Shown one piece after another: positions 1 through 11,840 of a stretch of DNA of 64,000 nt. The stretch's first letter is position 1. Every line of letters begins with the position of its first letter. The position numbers and the translations under genes are program-made. The notes below the pieces were generated by a model. The model was not told the origin of the DNA. It saw only the letters and a program-made list of their open reading frames with translations, and did no database searches. The stretch is from Octopus bimaculoides (lineage: Eukaryota), in the NCBI RefSeq assembly GCF_001194135.2, contig NC_068989.1, forward strand, positions 82,156,822-82,220,821. Direction: 5' to 3'.

Positions 1-613
1 GAAAAATTCAGAAAAAATGAAAAATAATAATAGTTCAGCAGAGTTTATTGGAAAACATAGGTAAGCAAATAAAGTTGTATTACAAACTACAGGACACTTC
101 CACACGAACTCCATTGGTTGCACACAACACACCAAGATGATAAATTGTGCAAGTTGTAATGATAATTTATGGACACCCTTATATATAAGTATTCACACAT
201 GATGGTGTAAAAACACTATTACATGAACCAATCACTGAATTTTTGAAACAGCTGTAAAGAATTACCTAGGAATATACTCTTGTTTCACTAACTATATTTT
301 GTTTATGTTCATATAACATCTTTTATAAATGAGAGGCATGATATAATGTGATATGTTCGCGTTTGTCCATCTTTTATCTTTTTATTACAAACTTGAGTTA
401 CACCGTTCAAATATTCTATGGCATTATTTTTACTCTGATTGGGAAGTTGGATTTCAAGAATTTTGAACCTTTTGAGAACTAATTTGGTATTCCTTTATTG
501 TGTGCTTATAATAGAATCTTGTCACCCATTGTATATCAAGCTCCGTTCTTTAGAAGCATAATGAATAGAGACTGAATACCAGGTTTCATTCTTAATCCTG
601 TCCCTCTTCACTG

Positions 614-1130
614 GTGTTTTACAGTTGTCATCCATCTGTGCCACCAAATTATCTCTTTTTCCTCCCCATATATCTCTCACTCTCCCTATGCACTATGTAT
701 CTGCCTCTCCCCTCACACATTTGCAGTGTATCCAACTACATGTCTTTCATTCTCTCAACCTTTCCTTGTCTACTATATCACTATTATTGTTCTACAACTC
801 TTCCCAACTCATGTGTCATGGATCACCCCTATACGTTTGTTCACTATTCACTATATCCATCCCTCATTTCTACCCAATCTCTACAGTCTATATTCATACC
901 TCAATACTGTTTACTCATTATATACACCTCTTATCTCCCTATCTCCTATCTCTAGCTATCCCTCACTCTCCCCATACACTTTTTCAACCTCTACTTTCCC
1001 TTCTGTCCCCACTCCCATCTACTCACCTTTTACCCAGAAGGTCCACCCTGACACTTCCTCAGCATTAATTCATGTCTCTTTCCAGCACCCACCTCTAGTT
1101 ACTTTCACCCACACTTCTATAATGTGATTA
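614..1130 (+). mobile_element. CT-rich interspersed repeat remnant, possibly the 3' region of a Penelope-like element
   Basis: Its translation (PPNYLF...STFPCLLYHYY) resembles the minus-strand translation at about 51190-51930 (PPNYLPF...ASFPCLLYYYY), so it is a dispersed repeat. The family assignment is inference. Confidence 0.45.
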
Positions 1131-1259
1131 GTAATGTGGATCCTTTACAGCAAGAACCTGTTCTGGTCTGAATCCTCTTTTCAAGCTTTAATCTTTCTTC
1201 TAGCATAAAACTGCCTCCCTCTCAACTGTAGTCTAAGTCAAATGAGATCTTACTCTTGC

Positions 1260-1460
1260 AAGAGCCATGGTAACCCCCTTAGTGCTGGTGCCATGAAAAA
1301 TGCACCCACTACATTCTGTAAAGTGGTTGGCATTAGGAAGGGCATATAGTCATAGAAACCATGCCAAAGCAGATATTGGAGTACAATCAATCTTTAGACC
1401 TGCTGGATCCTGTCAGATCATCAACACATGCCAGCATGGGAGATGAGAACTGAAAGATGA
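1260..1460 (+). mobile_element. SINE family C fragment (GTGGTTGGCGTTAGGAAGGGCATCCAGC-type tail)
   Basis: Degenerate match to the tail seen at 55140-55460 and 63340-63868. Confidence 0.7.
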
Positions 1461-1487
1461 TATCTACATGCACACAAACACACACAC

Positions 1488-1534
<47 letters not shown>

Positions 1535-1545
1535 CATACATATAT

Positions 1546-1794
1546 ATATGGTGGTTGTCTACTCCTTAAACAGAGTTTGACCACCTCCTGCACCTACACC
1601 TTAGCCCTTTCATGGCGTCTGATGTGGCTTTTTAAACCAGACAGTGTTTTGAAAAAACACCCACACAGATATATATACACATACATAAATATATACATAT
1701 ACATACGTAAATATATACATACACACACACATATATATACACACACACATATATACATATATATACATACACATATATACATATATACACATAT

Positions 1795-1827
<33 letters not shown>

Positions 1828-1839
1828 CANNNNNNNNNN

Positions 1840-1876
<37 letters not shown>

Positions 1877-2030
1877 CAAATATGTATACACACACACACA
1901 CACACACACACTGTAGGTAAGGAAAAAATCCAAGCATTATCCACTTGAAGCCCATTTGCTTTTTCCAGTATTACGATCCAGTATGTACTTGTTGTCATCA
2001 TCATACTGATTTGAGGTACATATTCTTTTC
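1546..2030 (-). mobile_element. Degraded LINE 3' end with a C2H2-like remnant, split by microsatellites
   Basis: Minus frame reads [23 protein letters not shown] just before a (TA)n tail. The upstream segment resembles LINE C-termini. Confidence 0.45.
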
Positions 2031-2182
2031 TAGGCATGAAATTTTTGGGGGTAGGGGCCAGACGATTAGATCACCCCCAGTACACAACTGATAATTTATT
2101 GACCCCAAAAGGATGAAAGACAAAGTTGACCTCGGCGGAATTTGAACTCAGAACATAAATACAAAATACTGCTAAGCATTTC

Positions 2183-2414
2183 TTATTTCTTTACTGCTCA
2201 CAAGGGGCTACACACAGAGGGGACAAACAAGGATAGACAAAGGGATTAAGTCGATTACATCGACCCCAGTGCATAACTGGTACTTAATTTATCGACCCCG
2301 AAACGATGAAAGGCAAAGTCGACCTCGGTGGAATTTGAACTCAGAACGTAATGGCAAACGAAATACCGCTAAGCATTTCGCCCGGCGCGCTAACGTTTCT
2401 GCCAGCTCGCTGCC
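2183..2414 (-). mobile_element. tRNA-derived SINE family A (GGCGGCGAGCTGGCAGAAACGTTAGC head), near full length, next to an older partial copy at about 2030-2180
   Basis: Near-identical to the copies at 4421-4655, 7468-7702, 31119-31333 and 41763-41948. Has A/B-box-like head motifs. Confidence 0.9.
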
Positions 2415-2519
2415 TTTGAGGTATATATTAGAGATGTAAGTTGTTGGTTGAGTTATATAAGAAATAGGAATATAGAAAATGTTTAATAATAACAAAATAT
2501 TTTCTATATTCCTCTTTTG

Positions 2520-2566
<47 letters not shown>

Positions 2567-3225
2567 TACATTCATGTGTATGTATACTGAATGTATATAC
2601 GTTTATTGCTTGTAGATTATAAGAGACTACCTTGTAAGGGTATGGTCGGAAGATGTAGTGTCCACAGAGGATATGAGACATACAGACAGACATAACTTTG
2701 ATATCAATCACACATAAATGATATGTGACTGATATTCCAGTATTCCTGAAATATACACTCAATTATATTCAAACATAGCTAACCATATAACACAATTATA
2801 CATAAACACACAATTATATCAATATAAATTCTAATAACCATGCAAGCCATTACATACTGTAATAGCCTCCAAATTACTAGAGTTCATGTTTTGTGGATTA
2901 GAACAGATTTGAGCTAAATCTCTCCTTGGATATGAAACTGGTCTATTACAGTTAACATTCACCAGATGATCTGGTTGTATTTAGAATACACTGTTTTGTC
3001 AAGAAACAAAATGAAACATACAGTAGATTTGAACTGGTGAGACTTATTGGGAGGCGGCAGATCAGTAAGTTATTTGCTTGACTACTGGGACTCTACAGAA
3101 ACCACGTCTTGTCTAGAATAGGGAGGGAGGGGGAACAATTATTTCCATTCTTTCAGCTTACAGCAAATGAGTGGGTTGTCTCCCTTGCAGAGGTAACTGA
3201 GCGGCTGCACACACACACGCACACA

Positions 3226-3226
<1 letters not shown>

Positions 3227-3277
<51 letters not shown>

Positions 3278-3278
3278 C
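3227..3278. repeat. (GCAC)n tetranucleotide microsatellite
   Basis: Read directly from the sequence. Confidence 0.95.
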
Positions 3279-3994
3279 ACCCTCTGTAGTGACTCCTGCA
3301 TGCATGCATGCAATGCATATCTCATAAGAAATATATAAAATGAATACAAATAAATTTGATTTTAATACAAATCTTCCATTTTTATCAAAGAAACCTCAGG
3401 AAAGAACTTACTCACATGACTATATGCATCCTACTTCAGTTACATGTCTTTAACATTGCATATGTTGNNNNNNNNNNTCCATTTTTATCAAAGAAACCTC
3501 AGGAAAGAACTTACTCACTTAACATTGCATATGTTGACTTTAAGTACCTGGTGTCCCTGATGTGTGTGTGTGTGTGTGTGTGTGAGTAAAGTCTCCCTCA
3601 TGTTGGCATGTTCATGTATTTAAAGAGGGAGAAAAAAATTATTCTGACATTCCGAGTGCTGATGAATCTAATTTAAATGAAAACCTAGAAAGTATACAAT
3701 AGATATTTTTACATGGAATGTAGCATAAAGGAATCCAAACATTTCAGCAAATCTAATAGCACTACTAATAATAATGATAGAATTAAAGAGACATATGTTT
3801 AAGCTGGATGTGACCTTAGACGTTTGCAGTTTTCAATGTACTTAATCACATTTCCACAATCCTGTGAATCAGCAGTCCCCAACCTTTTTTGCACTAGCGA
3901 CTGGTTTCATGTAAGACAATTTTTTCTGCTGACTGGAAGGTGCGTGTGGTGTTGGTCCTGCATATATACTATGGACAATGAAATGTATAATATA

Positions 3995-4160
3995 GGCGCG
4001 GGCATGGCTGTGTGGTTAGGAAGCTTGCTACCCAGCTACATGGTTTCAGGTTCAGTCCCACCGCGTGGCACCTTGGGCAAGTGTCTTCTGCTATAGCCCT
4101 GGGCCGACCGAAGCTTTGTGATTGAATTTGGTAGGCGGAAGTTACTGCCGTGTGTGTATA
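3995..4160 (+). mobile_element. tRNA-derived SINE family B, 5' part (GGCGCAGGAGTGGCTGTGTGG head)
   Basis: Matches the head of the copies at 20514 and 34547, including GGTTCAGTCCC and ACCTTGGGCAAGTGTCTT. Confidence 0.85.
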
Positions 4161-4420
4161 TATTTGTGCTTGTGCCTCTCCAAAAGAGAGAGAGAGGGAA
4201 TGACTTAATTATTATATATATAATACATATATTTTATATACACTGCAAAACACCCTGCAGACTGAGTTAGTCAATATAAAAAAAAAGAAAAATTTCTAAA
4301 ATTTCTTCTGTCTGTGCAGTCCAATACCAAATGATCTATGGCCAAATGCTGGTCTGTAGCCTGGTGGTTGTGGACTCATTCTGTAGAGTAATTACTTAAC
4401 CCTTTTGTTACCATATTTCT

Positions 4421-4655
4421 TATTTCTTTATTGCCCACAAGGGGCTAAACATAAAGGGGACAAACAAGGACAGACAAAGGGATTAAGTCGATTACATTGA
4501 CCCCAGTGAGCAACTGGTACTTAATTTATCGATCTCGAAAAGATGAAAGGCAAAGTTGACCTCAGTGGAATTTGAACTCAGAAAGTAACGGCAGATGAAA
4601 TACCGCTAAGCAGTTCGCCTGGTGTGCTAACGTTTCTGCCAGCTCGCCGCCTTTT
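4421..4655 (-). mobile_element. SINE family A copy with a 13-bp target-site duplication (TSD)
   Basis: TTACCATATTTCT at 4408-4420 and 4656-4668 flanks a full SINE A copy. Confidence 0.9.
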
Positions 4656-4705
4656 TTACCATATTTCTGTTGAGATGCTCCATTTCTTTCGATTAATTCT
4701 AAATA

Positions 4706-4948
4706 TAGGGTGTTCAAAAAGTCTCTCTGCAGTAAGTATTTTATTGGCAAATAAATATTTAGAATATAGTATAAGATTGCAGAAGATTATATTAGACTTT
4801 ACAAGAATTTAAAAAACTTTATAAGGTGTTGATAGTGTCGTCCTTCATTTTCAATACATAAGTTGACTCTTCTACACATGTTTTGAAATACATCTTGGAG
4901 AGTCAAGATGAAAAAACTTCACTGCGGAGAGACTTTTTGAACACCATG
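4706..4948. mobile_element. Tc1/mariner-type MITE
   Basis: TIRs of about 28 bp (GGTGTTCAAAAAGTCTCTC(T/C)GCAGT) at both ends, with TA flanks. Confidence 0.85.
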
Positions 4949-5169
4949 TATAACAAATGATTTAGTAAAATAACGTAGTTATCATTAAGCTAATGTTAGG
5001 AACATAAAGTGTGACTAAGGTTTGGTGGAAGATTTTAATTCAGAACATTTGAAAACAAGACATTTGTACTAGAAAGCCAGAGGTGGTTTCAACTGGGTTA
5101 GTATCAAAATAGTTAAATCTCAAACACTCTTTTCACTCAACTAGTTCTATAATTAATTAATATTTTTCA

Positions 5170-5400
5170 GGAATAATCTAGTGTGATTTGGAATGGTATG
5201 ATGTAACACAGTTTGTGTGTAAGATAACACTGTATGGTGTGAGGTGATACAGAATGGTTCAAGGTGACATGGTATGATGTAATGTAGCATAGAACGGTTT
5301 ATGACATTACAGAATAGCACAAGGTAACACAGTTCAGTACAACTTCATGCATAGACAGAGTAAGGTGACACATTGGTTTAAAACACTAGTTCTCAAGCCA
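5170..5400. repeat. Degenerate minisatellite (GGTGTGATGTAACACAGAAT-like units)
   Basis: Recurrent 20-25 bp motif read by eye. Confidence 0.55.
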
Positions 5401-5578
5401 TGTGTCACAAAACACTATTGTACCATAGAACAATACTATGCCACAGAACACTGATGTACCTTTAGGGAATGTCTGTGTACTGTGGATTTTTAATGCCCTA
5501 GAAAATTTATCTGAATGCATGACCATATTAATAAAAACATGCCATTCACAATTTTTCTTATATACATGTTTGTATATA

Positions 5579-6033
5579 CAGGTCGTCGTCGACTTACGAC
5601 CACAATTGGTTCCGACTGACTGGTCATAAGTCGATTTAGTCGTAAGTTGGCCTATAGGCCTACATAGCTTTGTTTTATATTTTTACATTCGTAAGGTACA
5701 TTCTCAGGTAAAAGTCAAACACAACATTTTTTTTTTACTATTATACTGGCGTTAGTCATAAATTTCTAAGTCTCAAGCAGTCGTCTTATAAACAAATATG
5801 ATATCTCTGCAACAGGATATTCATCCAACAGTTGGGATAACCACTGTGGTGATTGATTACCAAACCTAGGGGAAGCATTTATTAGCTAACATAATCTGTA
5901 GATGAGTAAATTTCTAAGAAATTAAAGCCATTAGATTTCAACTGGACTATTTACTATTACTGCCAGGAGTTGGTGCACCAATCATCATAAAGTCGGTTAT
6001 AAGTTGTATAGGTCACAAGTCAACAACGACCTG
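5579..6033. mobile_element. Tigger/pogo-like MITE
   Basis: TIR CAGGTCGTCGTCGACTTACGACC versus GGTCACAAGTCAACAACGACCTG, with TA on both sides. Confidence 0.85.
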
Positions 6034-6491
6034 TATATTAACTAGCAGGACTGTGTCACAAACTAAGGGAGTCTGAAAAGAGGGAGGTCATGACCTCTGC
6101 AAGAGATCATAGCAGATCATCACTTCCACCTGGCTGGTCACAGTCTCTGTCAAGCCCAGACCCCTTTGATTACTATCTATGGACCCCTGTGATTACTATT
6201 CTATTCAAGTGGACCCCCCATAGTCATTTGATGTTTAAAAACTAGTTTTATAGAAACTTCTTTCAAAATTCCTATTTTGTTTTTCATATGTTAACTTCTG
6301 TAGGTTGAATTGTGGAAAATGTTAGAGAAAGAAACCTATTTTTTTGCAATACATACTAATACACACATCTAAAGCAAAGTTTTTTTCAGGAGTCCTTAAA
6401 ATACTATTGCAAATCCTTAATTTATTCTTTTTCTACGTGGACTCCCCAAAATCTTACATGGACCCTGATTGAGAACCTCTGGTCTAGCCGA

Positions 6492-6697
6492 TCAACAGTA
6501 CTCGAAATCTGCTATGACTTGGGTACTACCTGACATAAAAGAGGCAGACTGAAGATCACTTGGTGATGGACATTTCACAATGACCTGAAGACAGCCAATA
6601 CTATGTGGATTGGATGTGCAAGAGTAACAGCCAACAGAACCAAGCAGAGGAAGCTTGTTGCCCAATGCGCTGAGCAGTGCAGGAGGAGCTAAAGTAT
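6492..6697 (+). mobile_element. RTE-type LINE 3' end remnant
   Basis: Frameshifted translation KRGRLKITW*...HNDLKTAN...TANRTKQRKLVAQCAEQCRRS* resembles the RTE ORF C-terminus (GRPKxTW...DRxxWRxLV). Confidence 0.65.
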
Positions 6698-7100
6698 AAT
6701 TAATAAAACAAGGAAAGCAATAGCTTTCTATATTTTTTTCTACATTTTAAAAGCAAATTTTATTTAAAGCAGTTGTGTTTTTTTAACTTTCTATGTAGGC
6801 CAGTAATTTAGTCTTTGATCTGTAATGTAATATAAAGTCAAGCATATTAAGAACACAGATCAAAGATGACACAAAGAGTGTAATGTTACTGTGCAGCATG
6901 ATTAAAAATGACGCAAAATGGATGAGGTTGTTGTTGTTGTTTAGCCACGGGCTAACTAATTGCATAAGCCTTTCAACTATAATCATTCTTTTTCTGAAGT
7001 ACAGTAAACCCACCATATCATCAGTCTTTTCTAAGATAGTGAGACGTATATTGGGGGAGATTTGGCTGCTATTTCCAGCAGGTTCATCAACTACATAGAG

Positions 7101-7329
7101 AAGTGGTTCTCAACTCGGGTCCATGTAAGATTTTGTTGTTGAAGTTTATCTGCCATAAATTCGTTATACTTCTACAATTCACAAAATATTTTTTCCTGAT
7201 AATAATTGATTATTAAAATATAATAGGATTTTTTAAACATTGAATGGCTGTAGGGGCCCATCTGAAAAAAAAAAAAACAGGAGGCAAAGGGGTCTATAGG
7301 TAAAAAAAAAAAATGGTTGAGAAACACTG
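7101..7329. mobile_element. hAT-type MITE
   Basis: TIR (C/A)AGTGGTTCTCAAC / GTTGAGAAACACTG. The 8-bp TSD ACATAGAG / ATATAGAG has 1 mismatch. Confidence 0.85.
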
Positions 7330-7467
7330 ATATAGAGGTTCCTTCATTAACTTTGGTATGAGATGACATGCCTCAAATAAACTCCATCCAATCAATGCAA
7401 CCATGAAAAAGTGGACCATATATGACGATGAAGATGATGAGTGACCAGTCAATACATAACAATAACC

Positions 7468-7702
7468 TCTAAAGCGGCGAGCTGGCAGAATCGTTAGCAT
7501 GCCGGCCGGAATGCTTAGCGGTATTTCGGCTGCCGTTACGTTCTAAGTTCAAATTCCGCCGAGGTCGACTTTGTCTTTCATCCCTTCGGGGTTAATTAAA
7601 TAAGTACCAGTAAGGCACTGGGGTTGACGTAATCGACTTAATCGCTTTGTCAGTCCTTGTTTGTCCCCTCTATGTTTAGCCTCCTGAGGGCAATAAAAAA
7701 AA
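7468..7702 (+). mobile_element. SINE family A, full length, with TSD
   Basis: AATACATAACAATAACC is duplicated at 7451-7467 and 7703-7719. Confidence 0.9.
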
Positions 7703-8193
7703 AATACATAACAATAACCAGTCAATGTATAACAGTGACCAGTTAATATATAACTGATTGGTCTATATAACTGTGAATAGTGTATCAAATAATAGTGACC
7801 AATCAACTGTGAAGTGACCAGTCAATATATAATAGTGATCAGCCAGCACCGAATGAGAGTGGTTCAATGTTGTAAGCGATGCATGACACACTGTGTACCA
7901 TGTCTGGAGTTACATGGGATGAGATTGTCCACCAGATTTTGTTATGTGGTAGATTTAACATGTAATTCAAGTTTAACCTCACAACCTGGTCCTTCAGTGC
8001 AGCAAACATTCAAACTAGAGCCCTGTTACAGTCCTCACATATATCTTAAACACACTGAACTGAAGATGTCCAAACAGACTGAACATCATCCACATCAATC
8101 ATGCCAGTCTGCGTGTGTCCCCTGCAAGCATCATGGACCCTGCTCCACGTCCCTTCACTTATTTAACATGAAAGCCTTTAATAAATTTGAAAA

Positions 8194-8672
8194 AGGAGTG
8201 GCTGTGTGGTAAGTAGCTTGTTTATGAACCACATGGTTCCGGGTTCAGTCCCACTGCGTGGCACCTTGGGCAAGTGTATTCTACTATAGCCTCAAGCCAG
8301 CCAAAGCCTTGTGAGTGGATTTGGTAGATAGAAACTGAAAGAAGCCCGTCATATATNNNNNNNNNNNNNNNNNNNNNNNNNNNNNNNNNNNNNNNNNNNN
8401 NNNNNNNNNNNNNNNNNNNNNNNNNNNNNNNNNNNNNNNNNNNNNNNNNNNNNNNNNNNNNNNNNNNNNNNNNNNNNNNNNNNNNNNNNNNNNNNNNNNN
8501 NNNNNNNNNNNNNNNNNNNNNNNNNNNNNNNNNNNNNNNNNNNNNNNNNNNNNNNNNNNNNNNNNNNNNNNNNNNNNNNNNNNNNNNNNNNNNNNNNNNN
8601 NNCGATTTGCTCGACTAAAGACGGTGCTCCAGCATGGCCGCAGTCAAATGATTGAAACAAGTAAAAGAGTAA
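8194..8672 (+). mobile_element. SINE family B copy spanning the N gap 8357-8602
   Basis: Head and tail match family B. Confidence 0.85.
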
Positions 8673-9529
8673 ATAAATGAGACACCTGGACTTGCAGCTC
8701 TTACTGATCATTGCTACACTCTTTCTTAAAGGTGAGTAACCATGTAGCTTCTCTATAAGAACCTGCTTGCTCTTCCCTCCTCCTTTACCCTAGACCCTCA
8801 TTTCCTCAAATAAATGCTGCCCCTCACTAGTTAGTGATCTTACTAACTCACTAGAGCTAGTGGCACAAAAAAAACAAAAAAAAAAACAAAACCAAAAATC
8901 AAAAAGCACCCAGTACACTCTGTAGAGTAGTTGGCATTAAAATAAGTATCCAACTGGAGAAACCAGGCTGCAGACACTGGAGCATGATGCAATCCTTGGA
9001 TCCATTGAATCCTGTCAAATAATCCAACCCATTCCAGGATGGAACATGGATGTTAAATAATGATGATGATGATATGTTCATGAAGATGGCGCCTTGGTGA
9101 AAATTGTGCAGCATTACATGTATGTTACTCCATTATAGGTGACATAATCAGGAGGCACTGCCACCTATCTGTCAGATAGTTCTAAATCAAAATTGGAAAA
9201 TATATCAGTCTCGTACTGCTAGAAATAGTAGCCAAATCTCCATCAAAATTTTCTATCCCGTTTTACAAAACAGGAAGGACACATTCAGTAATGTATTTCT
9301 AGATGTGCCATATCTAGTAAAATACTGTTTGACCACAGCTTGAACATCTGTTATTTTATCTAAAGTTTGATCAGAACTGATCTGTGACTACAAAAAAAGC
9401 ACAATGGCAAGAGTTACTTAAAGTGGAATTAGATGTTTAGGGGAATTACATGTTGAGAGAGAGAGGAAAGAGAGGAGAGAGAGAGAAAAAGAGATAAAGG
9501 AAAGGGAGAGAGGGGGAGAGAGAGGGAGA

Positions 9530-9810
9530 GACCCATATAAATATCTACAGAGATAGCTCCTTAATAACTCATTATATAAAGGTCATACGAAATAGATACA
9601 GACCACCTAACTATAAGGATATCCCTTAATAACTCAAAATAAAAAGGCTCTGATAGATAAAGGTCCCTTATTTACAGAGGTAACCCATTAATAATTTATG
9701 CAGAAGTCTTGTTGGAGACCCCCTATCTACAGAGGTAACTCCCTAATAACTCATTATACAAAAGTCCTTTCAGAGACCCTTCCCCTATTTATGGAGGTAA
9801 CCCATTCAGA
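9530..9810. repeat. Degenerate minisatellite (CTACAGAGGTAACTCCCTTAATAACTC-like)
   Basis: The motif recurs several times and again at about 10355-10430. Confidence 0.6.
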
Positions 9811-11003
9811 ATTCTTCATGCAGCACAAGAGTCTCCAACCACATGTCATGGACCAGTACCAGGCTGCTCTTATTTTAACTGTCCTGTTATTTGTACTGTT
9901 GTCCATTGTCCAGACCTCATGTCCATTGACCTCTGTGAAGAGGTCACAGATGTGTGATGAAAGATTTCTTGACAATGGACAAGAGTTAAATAATAAAATA
10001 AGAACAGTAATAAATGAGTGAAGAAAAATATATAGTGCTTGTGTTTATTTGGAAAAAAAAAAATGACCATTCTGAAATACAACAATATGTTTCAACACAT
10101 GATTTTGCATCAGAAATCTTGCAAAACGAATTGATAAATATAATAATTTTATTTCTATTTTATTCTATTTTATCATGGTCTGTACAGTGTTTTTGCATTA
10201 GATATGTAATATATATATATATATATAGATATATAGATATATATATTTGTATTTTGTAATGGGTGTGATTCCCCAGTCTGTGGGAAAATTGTCTTGCATG
10301 AAACAGGTCCATGGTGCAAAAAAAGGTAGGGGATAGCTGATGTAGAAGTCTTGTCAGAAACCCCCTAACTGCAGAGGTAACCCATCAATACTCCATTATC
10401 CACAATCAGTAATCCAATAACTCCATCAAAAACAATAAAATTGAAAACATAAACAAAACGAAATACAACTCAATTATTAATGATTCAAGAATCAATAAAC
10501 TAGCTATGGTAGGCTATTTCACCTCACTGCTAATCTTTCAGGTTAATATTCAACTGTTTTGGTACTATTGTTTAGCCCTCGGCCTTGATCCAGCAGACCA
10601 AATGATCAACTGTGTTCCAACTGTGACAATGCCATTTTTTTTTTTTACCTACAAGGGACTACATTGTCCAATGTAAGCTTACTCTTTTCTCAGATGGTAA
10701 TGTGAAAGATCTGAGATAAACTTAGCTCCTACTTCTAGCAGGCCCAGCAACCAAGTAGTAATTCTCACATAAGTTGATGCTATTTAATCCTGGGTTAGGT
10801 CTGAGCGAACAGAACCGAGCAAAGATGCTCCAGCTTGGATCGTACTATAATTTTCATAAAGACATCTTAGTTTGATTTGAAAGAGATTTGGGTGCTATTT
10901 CTAACAGGTTGATTGGCCATGTAGATGCTACCTCATGGCTAATAAAGGTAGGAGCCAAAGTTTGTGAAATGACATGAAATATAAAAATAATAAAACAACC
11001 TAC

Positions 11004-11322
11004 CGTAGTGTAGATGGTACTGATGGTGGTGGTACAGAGAGTACCAATTGTGGTACATTGTTCTATCACAGTGGTTGTCATTCCTGATCGACGAAAAGGC
11101 AATTTCTCCCGGCCCCAATTTCGGAGGAGCTGGATTTTCCTCGAGGGTTTGTCTGTGCTCAATATAATCTTCAGCATCTTGCTTGCTAGAGATCACTGCC
11201 ACTAAAGAGTACAGAGAGTAAGCCAGGTAGGAGCTGACCAAATTAACAATTAGCAGACCACTGATGAATACTGAAAAGTACTTGGGATGGCATCTAGGAG
11301 AAGGACCAAGGTATAGCCACAT
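11004..11322 (-). CDS. Candidate coding exon of an unknown membrane protein (106 codons before a donor site)
   Basis: ATG at 11322 opens MWLYLGPSPRCHPK, a hydrophobic stretch of about 31 aa (YFSVFISGLLIVNLVSSYLAYSLYSLVAVIS), then KQDAEDYIEHRQTLEENPAPP. It ends at G|GTAGGT. No homolog recognised. Confidence 0.3.
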
Positions 11323-11790
11323 TGCCAATTGCACATTGAAACTTCCTCTTCCAGCAGAAATTTATACCCACTTTCAATTGATTCTGGATTCTTCTGGAGA
11401 TTTCCACTTTCTGTTTGGAAATATAGTTACAGTTTTAAGGATCTGTATGTCAGCTCTAGATGGAGCTGCCTGTTACCACAAGATGTCTATCACTTCTCAG
11501 GAGGAGCAAGGGTGATGAAAGGTAAAGTGAAAATGTGGTGACTTCAACAATGTCCAGTTAGATTATATTGGTGAATTGATACAGATTTCAGTAACAATTG
11601 TAAATGGAATGTTCTTTAATAGTAAGAGTCTCTTGAACACAATGTACAGGAGTTCGAACCTGGATATCAATTATGCTCTCATTCTCTCCAACACAACATA
11701 CACAGTTCCAAACTTTATTTTCTCAAACATTGATTATATCCAATATATTCCAGTTATTTTCTCAGTTATCACAAGATATTTATATATACA

Positions 11791-11840
<50 letters not shown>

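Larger units (their letters stand above)
4400..5112. mobile_element. TTAA-flanked (piggyBac-like) MITE hosting two younger insertions
   Basis: TTAA at 4396-4399 and 5113-5116. Imperfect terminal inverted repeats (TIRs) CCCTTTTGTTAC / GTATCAAAATAG. Confidence 0.6.

Noticed and set aside
1-60. Plus-strand AG|GTAAGC donor with an open frame at the window start
   Set aside because: Too little upstream sequence to evaluate.
1457-2037. Long ORFs rich in IYIY/HTHT/CVCV (also at 13.2-13.8, 24.2-25.2, 35.7-36.4, 47.8-48.5, 50.5-50.9 and 52.9-53.2 kb)
   Set aside because: They are translations of (TA)n, (CA)n and (AG)n microsatellites and N gaps, which lack stop codons.
2630-2745. Minus-strand exon candidate (TTTCAG| ... 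AAG|GTAGTC)
   Set aside because: Weak donor, an unremarkable peptide, and no consistent phase with the main 11 kb ORF.
3371-3540. Apparent tandem duplication around a 10-N gap (similarly 13500-13560 and 63697-63810)
   Set aside because: Overlapping contig ends either side of a placeholder gap; most likely an assembly artefact.
3869-10340. Similar hAT MITE ends at about 3869 and 10338 in opposite orientation as TIRs of one large element
   Set aside because: No transposase between them and no matching TSD found; more likely independent fragments.
11480-11510. TCC TGA on the minus strand resembling the antizyme +1 frameshift site
   Set aside because: The flanking sequence lacks the conserved antizyme context and ORF2.
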